Made by a program: the position numbers and the translations under genes. From assembly GCA_963691875.1 (NCBI GenBank), contig OY829846.1, positions 1,536,001 through 1,600,000 of the forward strand: a stretch of DNA of 64,000 nucleotides, written 5' to 3'. Within the stretch, counting starts at the first letter, position 1; each line of letters starts with the position of its first letter. The notes under the pieces are model-generated. The model was not told where the DNA came from, ran no database searches, and was given only the letters and a program-made list of their open reading frames with translations. This document shows positions 41,446 to 51,557 of this stretch, piece after piece. Source of the DNA: Aureliella sp. (GTDB taxonomy: Bacteria; Planctomycetota; Planctomycetia; Pirellulales; Pirellulaceae).

Positions 41446-42537
41446 TCACCTTGTTGCTTTCAGCTGTTCGGCGAAGCGTTCGAGTTCTCTCTGAGATTTT
41501 AAATCTTCAGGTAGGGGCTCCTCATGAAATGCAGGAAGTAATTTTTCCCACACGAGTTTCAGCTCGCCGCCCATATTTCGGGTTTTCGACGTGATGGCGA
41601 TCACAGCATCTTGCTCCGGAAATACGATGCAGAACTGCCCATCCCTGCCGTCGCCGCGATATGCCCCATGCGTGCAACGCCAGAACTGAAAACCATATCC
41701 CTGATTCCAATCGTTGTCAGGGTCATTTCCATTTGAAACCTGTTTAGCCGTTGCTTTCTCAATCCATTCTTGCGGCAAGATTAGCTTGTCATGCCATCGT
41801 CCCTTTTGCAAATAGAGCTGGCCAAACTTCGCGATATCTTCGGTTCGTAAATACAAACCATAGCCTCCGAGTGAGACACCTTGCGGGCACGCATCCCATC
41901 TTGGTGGTTTGATCCCCAGTGGATCGAACAAACGTGGCTGCAAATATTCAACAACCTTCTCACCGGTCGCCTCTTGCACAATGCGAGACAACATGTAGGA
42001 ACCGGGAGTGTTGTATTTAAAATGAGTTCCCGGCAAGTGTGGGACAGGATGATTCAGAAAGGCTTCCGCCCAGTTTTTCACCTCGGAATTTAAGTGAACT
42101 TCCTGCTGATGGCCGCAAGTCATCGTCAGCAGATCGATCACTCGCATCGCTTTCAGGTTCTTGGAAGGACTCTTCTCAAATTCATGCTCGGAAAAGAAAC
42201 CGAGGACTTTGTCATAAACATCGAGCTTGCCTTCTTGAACGGCAAAACCAACAGCTGTCGAAGTGAAACTCTTGCTGAGTGACCATAGAATGTGGGGCTT
42301 GTTTGCTGATTCTGGCGACCACCATACTTCCGTTACTACCTTGCCATGACGCAGGATCATCAGACTGTGAATTGAGTCCACCTGTTCATCGGCGACCCGA
42401 ACGAACTCTAAAACTTGCTTTGTTGAGACCCCCTGCGTTTCGGCGGTTGCACGAGGAAGGCTCTTTTGTGCTGACGCAGTAGAACCAAGTGTTGCCAACA
42501 GCGCTAAGGCCATCGGCAGTTTGTAGTGCCTGAACAT
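41446..42537 (-). CDS. Serine hydrolase, beta-lactamase family
   Basis: WSLSKSF (SxxK), LLTMTCG, FKYNT, YGFQFW. Start uncertain. Confidence 0.9.
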   Translation of the reverse strand: MFRHYKLPMALALLATLGSTASAQKSLPRATAETQGVSTKQVLEFVRVADEQVDSIHSLMILRHGKVVTEVWWSPESANKPHILWSLSKSFTSTAVGFAVQEGKLDVYDKVLGFFSEHEFEKSPSKNLKAMRVIDLLTMTCGHQQEVHLNSEVKNWAEAFLNHPVPHLPGTHFKYNTPGSYMLSRIVQEATGEKVVEYLQPRLFDPLGIKPPRWDACPQGVSLGGYGLYLRTEDIAKFGQLYLQKGRWHDKLILPQEWIEKATAKQVSNGNDPDNDWNQGYGFQFWRCTHGAYRGDGRDGQFCIVFPEQDAVIAITSKTRNMGGELKLVWEKLLPAFHEEPLPEDLKSQRELERFAEQLKATR

Positions 42538-42608
42538 CCGGAAAGTCCCATTCTTAATAGCAAGCAAATCTGACAATAGAAAGTTCAGCCGGAGAAATCC
42601 CATCGGCA

Positions 42609-43700
42609 CTACACAATTCGATACGTCGGCACGGGGCGTCCTGGACGAAAACTCTGCAAAGTCTCCATTTCGAAATCCGCACTGTAAGTCTGCGATACTT
42701 GCTTCAAGATATTGACGACCGATTCTTCCAACACCGTTGGATCTGTAGCAACCCGGGCATTCACTACCAAGTTCGCAGACCGCGTCGAATGTTTCGAGGG
42801 CAAGGAAAGCGCGGGTTGGGTAAAGGAACTGACGGAATTGGCGACGGCATAGTTTCCGTCCGACATGCCAATTGCCTTCAAGTGGGCAACTTCTGCTTCT
42901 GCTGAAGCAAACTCATTGTGAAGACTCTCGACGATTGAAAGCAGAAATCCATCCATCTCGAATGCTGATTCAGCAGTCACTTTGAGTTGGCAATTAAGCC
43001 AGCCGAGTTCGGCTTCTCCCTCGGCATACAAGTCGTAGTCTACTTCCATGACGCGCTGACCAAATTCTCCGGACTGCTGCAAAAACTCAAAGTACTCTTC
43101 GAAGCCTTCTCCAGTCTTGGCCGACATTCGTAGCACTGGGCGTCCCGGATACTCCCTTTCGATCGCGGCGGCCAACGTTTCCACCTCATCAGGCTCGATC
43201 TCATCGATGCGATTGATCACGACAAAATCAGCCTCCTCCACCTGCTTCCGAAAGATATAAGCAGCCTTTGGTGAAAATCCACCTTTTCCGTCACCTTGCA
43301 GGATCTTTTGTCCATGACTTGGCTTGAGGATGACACCGTAGGGAGCAATCTCCAGCGGTGTTTCGTAAACGCTGGCTAAGGGCCGAATAACGGTCGCGAC
43401 AAGATCAGTACAGCTTCCTACTGGCTCTGCGATGATGACATCTGGAAGTTCTCCGGAACGCATCGCTTCAACAGTCGCCGTCAAGTCATTGAAGCTACAG
43501 CAGAAGCATGCACCGGCGACTTCACCGACTTCATAACCTTGATTGCGCAACGCGTGCGTGTCGACCAAGTCGGTAGCCTGGTCATTGGTGACTACGCCCA
43601 CACGCAGACCTTGCGACGTGTAATGTCGGGCAAGTCGCCCCACGGTGGTGGACTTTCCGGCCCCTAGAAATCCACCAATCAAAATAAATCTCGCGGGCAT
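42609..43700 (-). CDS. CobW/COG0523-like G3E GTPase (metallochaperone)
   Basis: GGFLGAGKST, ND, CFCC, EPVG, NRID, SAKTGEG. Confidence 0.9.
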   Translation of the reverse strand: MPARFILIGGFLGAGKSTTVGRLARHYTSQGLRVGVVTNDQATDLVDTHALRNQGYEVGEVAGACFCCSFNDLTATVEAMRSGELPDVIIAEPVGSCTDLVATVIRPLASVYETPLEIAPYGVILKPSHGQKILQGDGKGGFSPKAAYIFRKQVEEADFVVINRIDEIEPDEVETLAAAIEREYPGRPVLRMSAKTGEGFEEYFEFLQQSGEFGQRVMEVDYDLYAEGEAELGWLNCQLKVTAESAFEMDGFLLSIVESLHNEFASAEAEVAHLKAIGMSDGNYAVANSVSSFTQPALSLPSKHSTRSANLVVNARVATDPTVLEESVVNILKQVSQTYSADFEMETLQSFRPGRPVPTYRIV

Positions 43701-43932
43701 AATGTGTTCTCTTCGACAAAGGCTGCTACTAGTCCGGTTTTGCATTATAGATGCAAGCCCGGCTCGCGACAGCGTCTCTTGTTGTCGTCATTGGCTTGTA
43801 GGACCTCGGTGGCAGCATTGAGCAGATCAACATTTCGTAACCTTGCTGCCGGGAGGCAGGCGATCTGCTATCCTGATCGACCTGCGAAGCCCGAACTAGT
43901 TTTGGCTCGACTTCTTGCCTTACAACTGGAGA

Positions 43933-45366
43933 ATGCCAGTGCGTGTTCCGAATCTTGCCTTCCAGGTGTTACTTGTCTTTCTTGCATTTACCCACGTGAG
44001 CCTGGCGGAACGTCCCAATATCGTCCTGTTTGTTACCGACGACCAAAGTCCTGACATAGGCGCTATGGGAAATCCAGCGATCCAAACGCCAAACATGGAC
44101 GCGCTCGCAAAAGACGGTATCGTCTTCGAGCAAGCCTTTTGCACGACAGCCAGCTGCAGTGCCTCACGGTCCGTGATCCTGAGCGGCTTACACAATCACT
44201 ATAACGGCCAGTACGGGCACCAGCATTCGTATCATCACTTTCAAAGTTTTGATCGCGTACGCAGCTTGCCCAACCGACTAACTGAGTCTGACTACGAGAC
44301 CATTCGCATCGGGAAGTATCATGTTGCACCGGAAGAAGTGTACCAATTTGAAACCGTTCTAAAAGGCAATACCCGCAATCCGGTCGAAATGGCGAATAAC
44401 GTCGGGAAGTACTTTGATGGTTCCAACGAAAAGCGACCATTCTTTTTATACTTTTGCACGTCCGATCCGCATCGCGGAGGTGGAACTCGCGAGGACATTC
44501 CGTTCTCCCCGAACGCATTCGGCAACAAGCCGCAAGGGTATCCAGGTGTAAGAAATGTGACTTACAGTGCTACTGAAGTAAAAGTACCACCTTTTCTTCC
44601 GGACACACCAACATGCCGAGCAGAGTTAGCGCAGTATTACGAGAGCATCTCACGCATCGACCAAGGATTGGGACGACTTGTTGCAATCTTGAAAGACCGT
44701 GAAATCTATGACAATACGATCGTGATCTTTACTAGCGATCATGGCATGGCATTCCCAGGTGGAAAGACAACTTTGTACGAACCCGGGATGCGCGTACCAA
44801 TGATTGTGCATGATCCGAGAGTCGCGAAACGCGGGCTCCGAAGCAATGCGATGCTCAGTCATGTCGACTTAGTGCCTACGATTCTGGACATGGCGGAAAG
44901 TCTTGGAGCAGGAGAGCACAAGCCAAAGGATTTTCATGGACGTAGCTGGGCATCGCTGACTGACGGTCGCACAGCGGATGATCGGGACACCGTGTATGCC
45001 TCGCACACTTTTCATGAGATCCAGATGTACTATCCGATGAAAGTTGTGCACGGAGAGCGTTATAAGTTGATTTGGAATATCGCTCATCAGCTGCCTTATC
45101 CCTTTGCCTCGGACCTGTGGGCCGCACCAACGTGGCAGATGCAATACAAACAAGGTCTGCAGACGATGTATGGAAAACGCACGGTCGAACGCTACATCCA
45201 TCGTCCGCAGTTCGAACTCTTTGATTTAGTCGAAGATCCACATGAAACCTTGAACCTGTCGGATAGCCCGGAGCATCAAAAACTGTTGTCGGAGATGAAA
45301 GCCGAGCTAAAGGCATTTCAAAAGCGCACGAAGGATCCTTGGATCATGAAATGGAATTACGAGTGA
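43933..45366 (+). CDS. Sulfatase (heparan N-sulfatase-like)
   Basis: RPNIVLFVTDD, CSASRSVILSG, GKYHV, DPHR, SDHG. Confidence 0.93.
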   Translation: MPVRVPNLAFQVLLVFLAFTHVSLAERPNIVLFVTDDQSPDIGAMGNPAIQTPNMDALAKDGIVFEQAFCTTASCSASRSVILSGLHNHYNGQYGHQHSYHHFQSFDRVRSLPNRLTESDYETIRIGKYHVAPEEVYQFETVLKGNTRNPVEMANNVGKYFDGSNEKRPFFLYFCTSDPHRGGGTREDIPFSPNAFGNKPQGYPGVRNVTYSATEVKVPPFLPDTPTCRAELAQYYESISRIDQGLGRLVAILKDREIYDNTIVIFTSDHGMAFPGGKTTLYEPGMRVPMIVHDPRVAKRGLRSNAMLSHVDLVPTILDMAESLGAGEHKPKDFHGRSWASLTDGRTADDRDTVYASHTFHEIQMYYPMKVVHGERYKLIWNIAHQLPYPFASDLWAAPTWQMQYKQGLQTMYGKRTVERYIHRPQFELFDLVEDPHETLNLSDSPEHQKLLSEMKAELKAFQKRTKDPWIMKWNYE

Positions 45367-45382
45367 GCATGGGAATCGAATC

Positions 45383-46192
45383 ATGACAGTAAAGCTCTTC
45401 ACGGTAGATGCCTTTGCCGAAAATGCGTTTTCGGGCAATCAGGCCGCTGTCTGTTTGCTGCAGCAGCCACGCGAGGACTCTTGGATGCAGGCCCTCGCAA
45501 AAGAAATCAACTACGCGGAAACAGCCTTTGTGACGTCAACTGGTGACGATTTTTCATTGCGTTGGTTCACCCCTGCCTATGAAGTCGACCTTTGCGGCCA
45601 TGCTACGCTTGCTACCTCGCACGTGCTGTGGAAGGAACTGGGCGTCGAGCAACAGCTGTTGCGTTTCATCACGCGCAGCGGAGAACTTATTGCTTCGCGG
45701 TCAGGCGACGACATCAAAATGGACTTTCCCTCAACGCCACCCGCTGAGCAGGAATTGCAGCGTGACATTCTTGAATCCCTTGGAGTCACGCCAACATACT
45801 GCGGAATGTCACGTTTTGATGCCTTTGTCGTATTGAGGACAGAATCGGAAGTGCGCGATTGTCGTCCAGATTTCGAAGCGCTTGCCAAGGCGACGGTCCG
45901 TGGTGTCATCGTGACGGCAGAAAGCATGAGTGACGAGTACGACTTCGTCTCACGTTTCTTCGCACCCTCGGCAGGTATCGATGAAGATCCTGTTACCGGT
46001 TCGGCTCATTGCTGCCTGGCACCCTATTGGGCAACCGTACTTGGGCAACCAGACAACCCAAGGCTTAAGATGCAGGGCTATCAAGCCTCGAAACGCGGCG
46101 GAATGGTAGGCGTCGAACTTCGAGGCGACCGAGTAGTGTTGTCAGGCAAAGCCATTACGATCATCCGCGGCGAACTCGCGATTGAGGAGTGA
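45383..46192 (+). CDS. PhzF family isomerase
   Basis: VDAF, GNQAAV, ETAF, EVDLCGHATLA, EDPVTGSA. Confidence 0.93.
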   Translation: MTVKLFTVDAFAENAFSGNQAAVCLLQQPREDSWMQALAKEINYAETAFVTSTGDDFSLRWFTPAYEVDLCGHATLATSHVLWKELGVEQQLLRFITRSGELIASRSGDDIKMDFPSTPPAEQELQRDILESLGVTPTYCGMSRFDAFVVLRTESEVRDCRPDFEALAKATVRGVIVTAESMSDEYDFVSRFFAPSAGIDEDPVTGSAHCCLAPYWATVLGQPDNPRLKMQGYQASKRGGMVGVELRGDRVVLSGKAITIIRGELAIEE

Positions 46193-46200
46193 CACCTTCG

Positions 46201-48132
46201 CTAGTTTCCTACCGTCGTCGCGCGGATCTGACTTCGCATCTTCGGGCTGCGGTGGATCGAGTGCGTCGCGACCCGAAAGTCTTCGTCCTTGGCTTCGAAG
46301 ATGTTGGAAACGTACTTTTGAGGATTTCGGTCCACAAACGGGAACCAACTACCTTGAACCTGGATCATGATGCGATGTCCGCGTTTGAAAGTGTGAAGTA
46401 CATCATGAAGCTCGAACTTGATATTCTCGGGCTTGCCTGCGGTCAGCGGCTCAGGTAGCTCAAAACTATTACGGAATCGAGTCCTCATAACTTGTCCGCG
46501 AACCAACTGCTGCCTGCCACTCTGAAATTCAGGATCGTCGCCAGCGACTGGTCGCCCGGGGAACTCGTCCACGACCTTCACCACGACGTCGGCTGCAGTT
46601 CCCGTCGTGCTGAACCAAAGGTCTGCTGTCAGCGGCCCTGCGAGGGTCACGTCCTCTTCCAGCGGTTCGCTGCGATAGACGAGCACATCTGGTCGTCGTG
46701 ATGCAAAACGCTGATCTTCGGTCATGTAATCGCGAGCCCAACGACTTGAGATCTCGGTCGTGTAAGGTACTGGCTTACTGGGATCGCTCAAAAACGAGTC
46801 CACGGCATTTTTTTCGGCTTCTCCTACTTCGGACTCGACAAGTGAAATCCTGTGTCCGGCCTCCAACACGAGATTCAACGGCTTGGCTTGCTTTGGCGGC
46901 CAAGCATCAAAACTGCGCCAGCGGTTCGCACCAGTTTCAAAAACTATTGCTTCAGCATGCTTGGCTCGATCAGAGCCCTTCAAGTGGTGTTCAAAGAATG
47001 GCAACTCCACTTGGGTGCGAAACCAAGCAGCTGTGGGCCAATCAAAACTGGCGTCACCTAGGCTATCGCCAGGGGACCGATTCCAGCCACCATGATACCA
47101 AGGTCCCATAACCAAGGTGTTTTCGATTTGCGGATTATTCTTCTCAATAGATTCGTAGATTCGCAGAGGACCGTACAAATCCTCAGTGTCATACCAACCG
47201 CCGACGACTAAAACTGCGCAGTGTATATTCTTCAGGTGCGGTATAATGTTCCGACTCTGCCAGAAGTAATCGTAGTTGGGATGCGCGGCTGTCTGGTTCC
47301 AAAAGTCAATTTCATACTTGAAGTACTTTTCGTTCACGTTCTTCAATGAGCCAAGCTCCAAAAAGAATTGATAAGCGTCATCGGTACCAAAATCGAGACG
47401 CGAGCCGCTCTCGGTGGTTGGACCTTCTCGTTTCTGTCCAAAGGAGGAAAAGAAAGTCATCGCTAGCTGCACATTGAAAGCACCGTTGCGATGCATATCA
47501 TCCCAAAACCAATCGCCAATCGGCGCTTGCGGAGAGATACACCTGAGAGCTGGATGCGAGTTGATGGCACCGGCTGCGGTGTAGAAACCCGGGTAGGAGA
47601 TTCCCCATTGACCGAATCGTCCGTTGTGCATCGTGAGCTTTTGCGACAGCCATTCAATCGTATCGAAGGTATCCGTACTCTCGTCAAAATCGGCCTGCTT
47701 TTTGTCCTCCAGATGAGGCCGCATGTTGACAAACTCGCCCTCAGACATGTACTTTCCGCGCACGTCTTGAAACGCAAAGATGTAGCCAGACTTTTCGAAT
47801 TCGATATTCGGTCCCAGACGCGTCTTATATTGGTCCACACCGTAAGGACCGACGCTGTAGGGAGTCCGCATCAGGATTACGGGATAGGTTTTGGTGGTAT
47901 CAGCGTCATTCGGAATGTAGACGCAAGTGAAGAGCTTCGTGCCGTCACGCATCGGAATCCGATATTCGAACTTCGAGTAGTTGGCACGAATGAATTCTAC
48001 GCGAGTCTCCGCAGCGTCCTGCGCGAAACTCGCGACGGGGTAGAAGAAAAAAAGGAGACTTGCGGAGAGACACAACTTGTTCATGAGAATTTCCGTCGGC
48101 ATGGAGCGTGAGAATGACGTTTGGACCAGCAT
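46201..48132 (-). CDS. CocE/NonD family hydrolase (alpha-amino acid ester hydrolase-like)
   Basis: PMRDG, RTPY, QDVRG..SEG, GISYPG, GPWYHG. Start may be about 48084. Confidence 0.92.
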   Translation of the reverse strand: MLVQTSFSRSMPTEILMNKLCLSASLLFFFYPVASFAQDAAETRVEFIRANYSKFEYRIPMRDGTKLFTCVYIPNDADTTKTYPVILMRTPYSVGPYGVDQYKTRLGPNIEFEKSGYIFAFQDVRGKYMSEGEFVNMRPHLEDKKQADFDESTDTFDTIEWLSQKLTMHNGRFGQWGISYPGFYTAAGAINSHPALRCISPQAPIGDWFWDDMHRNGAFNVQLAMTFFSSFGQKREGPTTESGSRLDFGTDDAYQFFLELGSLKNVNEKYFKYEIDFWNQTAAHPNYDYFWQSRNIIPHLKNIHCAVLVVGGWYDTEDLYGPLRIYESIEKNNPQIENTLVMGPWYHGGWNRSPGDSLGDASFDWPTAAWFRTQVELPFFEHHLKGSDRAKHAEAIVFETGANRWRSFDAWPPKQAKPLNLVLEAGHRISLVESEVGEAEKNAVDSFLSDPSKPVPYTTEISSRWARDYMTEDQRFASRRPDVLVYRSEPLEEDVTLAGPLTADLWFSTTGTAADVVVKVVDEFPGRPVAGDDPEFQSGRQQLVRGQVMRTRFRNSFELPEPLTAGKPENIKFELHDVLHTFKRGHRIMIQVQGSWFPFVDRNPQKYVSNIFEAKDEDFRVATHSIHRSPKMRSQIRATTVGN

Positions 48133-48208
48133 ACTTCGCGCTAACGATTCTCACTAGCGGCGGCGAAGGAAAATCAAGTCTCACATAGTCGTCGTCGCGG
48201 GCACCGAG

Positions 48209-49762
48209 CTACTTAGCCCAATCAGGGGTGCCGAACCAGTCTTCCATTTCCTTCAAGAACGGAGCGACCACTTCCTCGGACTCCAATGTAACTCCACGAT
48301 CCCCGGTCTCGGCGATCCAAGTGTCGAGAGCCGCACGCATTCGAAGCATGATACGACGATGCTTGGGTGACTCCGCCAAGTTCTTGATCTCATGAGGATC
48401 CTCTTGGGTATCGAAGAGCATCTCCCTTGCGAAAGGTTGCATCAGCTCCAGAGGCGGGCCGGTGAGTTTACCTTCTGCCAACATCGTTCGCATCAAGGGT
48501 TTGATCGCAAAGCACTTCTCTTTATAGCGATTGAGTGTCGGAAAGCCTGCTCCCTCGGTGTAGTTTCGCACGTAGTGGTAGCGAGCATCGCGCACGGAGC
48601 GTTGCCGCACGACCGTCTCATCAATGCGATCTCTTGCACTAAAGGCATATTTCCTTGCAGGTTGACGGTTGGGCCCAACAAAAACGCGAGACTGCATGCT
48701 GGTTGGCGGCGTGATCCCCGCGAGATCCAGCGTAGTGGCGGTGATGTCTAGCAGGCTGATTACCCGATCACTGACTTTGCCGGGTTTAGCATCCTTTGGG
48801 GCTGGAAAATTCTCTGGCCAGGCGATGACCATCGGTACATGGATACCACTGTCGAAACACCAGTGAATTCCACGCGGTTCCAATCGGCCGTTGTCGCCGA
48901 AAAAGACAATGATGGTGTTGTCTGCAGTGCCGTCTTTCTCAAGTTGCTCCAAGATCCAACCGATTCGGACATCCATGCCAGAGGCCGAATTGAGGTACCT
49001 GGCCCACTCCGATCGAACAACGGGATGATCGGGATAATAGGGCGGAGGAGTTACATTCTCTGGCGTCGCAATCTTCGGGTGCCATTCCTCGCCAACCCAA
49101 GGAACGCGAGTTTTATCTTTAGTCTTGCGATCGTAAATATCGTATTCCGCCTCAGGCATGTTGATCTGAGCGAAGAAGGGCTGATTGTCCTTGAGGCCTT
49201 TCCAATCAACTGTTGAGTACAAATCGCCTTCGTTCACAAAATTCAAATCTAACTTGCCGGTGCCCACTACACGATCGCCGATCGTTTTGATGTTGGCTGT
49301 CGTATACCCCACATCCTGCAAGCGATGCGTCAGCGGCCGGACTCCCTCCGGCAGGTGGAAGTCGTCGTCGCGGTGCGAACGCATGTTATGCATGTCGGTC
49401 GTTGTCGCGTATATACCAGTGAAGAATGCTGAGCGGCTTGGAGCGCAAACTGGCGAGGTAGAGAACACGTTGGTGTAGCGAATTCCTCGCTCTGCCAAAC
49501 CGTCAATATTGGGCGTTTTTACGTTCTTTGCGTTGTAGCAGCCAAAGTCTAAATCAAAATTCTCCGCTACAATCCAAACGATATTCGGCCGTTTAGGTTG
49601 GGCGTTTGGGTTTTGTGCTTGGCTGTAGCCAGCCCCAAGGCAGAAAGTAAAGACAACTAGTAGTGCAGGCAGAACTCGAATCGAAATCACTTTCAAACTT
49701 CCTTTGGCGGCCCCGAAGAGAAACGAATCAAACTGCACAACATCATAGTCACTTTCGAGCAA
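48209..49762 (-). CDS. Sulfatase
   Basis: RPNIVWIVAEN, CAPSRSAFFTG, GDNG, ARDRIDE. Start uncertain. Confidence 0.92.
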   Translation of the reverse strand: MLESDYDVVQFDSFLFGAAKGSLKVISIRVLPALLVVFTFCLGAGYSQAQNPNAQPKRPNIVWIVAENFDLDFGCYNAKNVKTPNIDGLAERGIRYTNVFSTSPVCAPSRSAFFTGIYATTTDMHNMRSHRDDDFHLPEGVRPLTHRLQDVGYTTANIKTIGDRVVGTGKLDLNFVNEGDLYSTVDWKGLKDNQPFFAQINMPEAEYDIYDRKTKDKTRVPWVGEEWHPKIATPENVTPPPYYPDHPVVRSEWARYLNSASGMDVRIGWILEQLEKDGTADNTIIVFFGDNGRLEPRGIHWCFDSGIHVPMVIAWPENFPAPKDAKPGKVSDRVISLLDITATTLDLAGITPPTSMQSRVFVGPNRQPARKYAFSARDRIDETVVRQRSVRDARYHYVRNYTEGAGFPTLNRYKEKCFAIKPLMRTMLAEGKLTGPPLELMQPFAREMLFDTQEDPHEIKNLAESPKHRRIMLRMRAALDTWIAETGDRGVTLESEEVVAPFLKEMEDWFGTPDWAK

Positions 49763-50009
49763 CGCATTCCGGTATTGGGTATTGCCAACCAGTGCAGAGC
49801 AGAGATTTACTCTTGGCCAAGTGATCAGTACACGCCAGAGGCGGGTTGAACCAAGAAAACGCCGGCCCGCGACTAGCGTCGTCGGCTCACAGATTGATTC
49901 TCTAACTTGCCCTGGGTTTGCATGAGTTTATTTCGAACGGATGCGTCGCCGCACCCGCGGAGTGACAAGCGAAATCGAGGTGCCCACAAGAAACAGATTG
50001 CCTATCGTC

Positions 50010-50604
50010 AGCGTCGGAGACGATAATATGCGTGTCCTTGTTCTTGATTTCAGTCCAGTCATTGCTGTTAATGGGTGCGTTATTCTTTTTCCTTGCTTAA
50101 AAAGACAACGTTCGCTATCTCCAGGAGATATTCGATTTGCGATTGCTCTACCGTTACTTTGCAAACAGCAGTTCCAAGAGTGCGTTCGTGGGCAAAATCG
50201 TGGCCGTGCTGCTCGCCCTGATTGCCACTTGCGGATTTGTGGGAGGCCTCTTCCAGCACCAGGCTGAATGGGTAGGCGTCAGCTATGCTTGCTTGTTTAT
50301 TGTGCTGTTTTGGAAGCCAGCTTTCCGAGCGTTGCAGAACTTTACGCTACTACACCTGTTCATTCTCGTCGCTGCCAATGCGATTTTGTTAGTTTCAGTT
50401 CGAGGCGCGATACCGAATGCTGAGCCAATTCCCACAACGCTTGCATCGCTTTTCGTCGGTACTGGGGCCGTCTTGTTGTGCTCTGCTGTGGTGCAGAATT
50501 TTGATCGGGTAAAGCGAGTTAGCGTCGCGGAACGTCTTGATAGAAAGCAAGACGAGCTCCACGCTTTGGACGGAAAAGAGTCAAAGAAAAAATCGGCAGA
50601 GTAG
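50010..50604 (+). pseudogene. Membrane protein, possibly interrupted by an in-frame stop
   Basis: The 4-TM ORF 50137-50604 is preceded in the same frame by IICVSLFLISVQSLLLMGALFFFLA*KDNVRYLQEIFD, with TAA at 50098-50100. Confidence 0.45.
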
Positions 50605-50663
50605 AAGGCAGACATTGCAGCCATAACGTCGTTAGAAGCAAATACTCCGCAGGTGACTCTACC

Positions 50664-51287
50664 CTAATGGATTAGTTGTTGTTGTTTCCTATCTTCAAAC
50701 GCTTTGAGCCGTGGCTGCATGTATTCAGTGAGTTCTTCCATTTCGATGGGACGATAGTCACAAGCGTCAACGCCAACATCTTTGGCAAGTCGCCAGTTCT
50801 GCTGCTCGTCTTCACCGACGAGCGCCCCGTGAACGTGCCCGTAGAGATGCCAGCTTCCATGAAAGGATTTGTCCCAAGTCCGCATTGGATAGTGGTTCAG
50901 CCAGATTTTCTGGCCGTTGGCTCGCACCATGCCTTGCTCGATCGTCTGCTGAAAGACCTCGCCCACACTGCGATGATCGTGATTTCCCCAGACCAGTCGA
51001 ACGTCTCGGCATTGAATTCGATCACGGTAGTGCCGTGCCTGCTCGAGCTTTCCCCAGCAGAAATCGCCTAAGACCCAGAGGGTGTCCTGCTGGCCAACTC
51101 GCGTATTGATGGCATCCAGAATTCCAGCATCATGCCGACGGACCGTCTCGTCTGACAGGTTGCAATCACCTCTTTGATCAGACTTAGCCAGCTGGCGTTC
51201 CCTCTCACCCAGAAAGGGCCGATTGCAGTACTTGATAATGTTTTTGTGGCCGAAATGAGTGTCGGCAGTAAACCAAACTTTGTGCAT
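50664..51287 (-). CDS. Calcineurin-like metallophosphoesterase
   Basis: WFTADTHFGH, LGDF, GNHD, HYP, YGHVH, DVGVD. Confidence 0.92.
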   Translation of the reverse strand: MHKVWFTADTHFGHKNIIKYCNRPFLGERERQLAKSDQRGDCNLSDETVRRHDAGILDAINTRVGQQDTLWVLGDFCWGKLEQARHYRDRIQCRDVRLVWGNHDHRSVGEVFQQTIEQGMVRANGQKIWLNHYPMRTWDKSFHGSWHLYGHVHGALVGEDEQQNWRLAKDVGVDACDYRPIEMEELTEYMQPRLKAFEDRKQQQLIH

Positions 51288-51557
51288 CTTGCTTTTCGTG
51301 TTTCTCTTTTCACTTTCTCGCTCTTGTATTTTCGCTCGAGACACGCCCCGTACCAAGGTGGTCCACGTCAATCATTTAGGCTTCGAGAGACGGGGGCTGG
51401 ATGAACTGCCTTGGGCAAACAACAATATCGAGCCGGGATCTGTCCATGTTCGTTTATCCTGCTCTGCCATTCGGCCGAGATCGTATTGTGAACATTGCTG
51501 GCGAGCGAATTGAAAGTCAGCTTCGAGGAATAATGGCCTTGAGAAGCAAGTTAGGAG

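Noticed and set aside
6941..49762. Four sulfatases as a single system
   Set aside because: They are dispersed, and high sulfatase counts are normal for marine planctomycetes.
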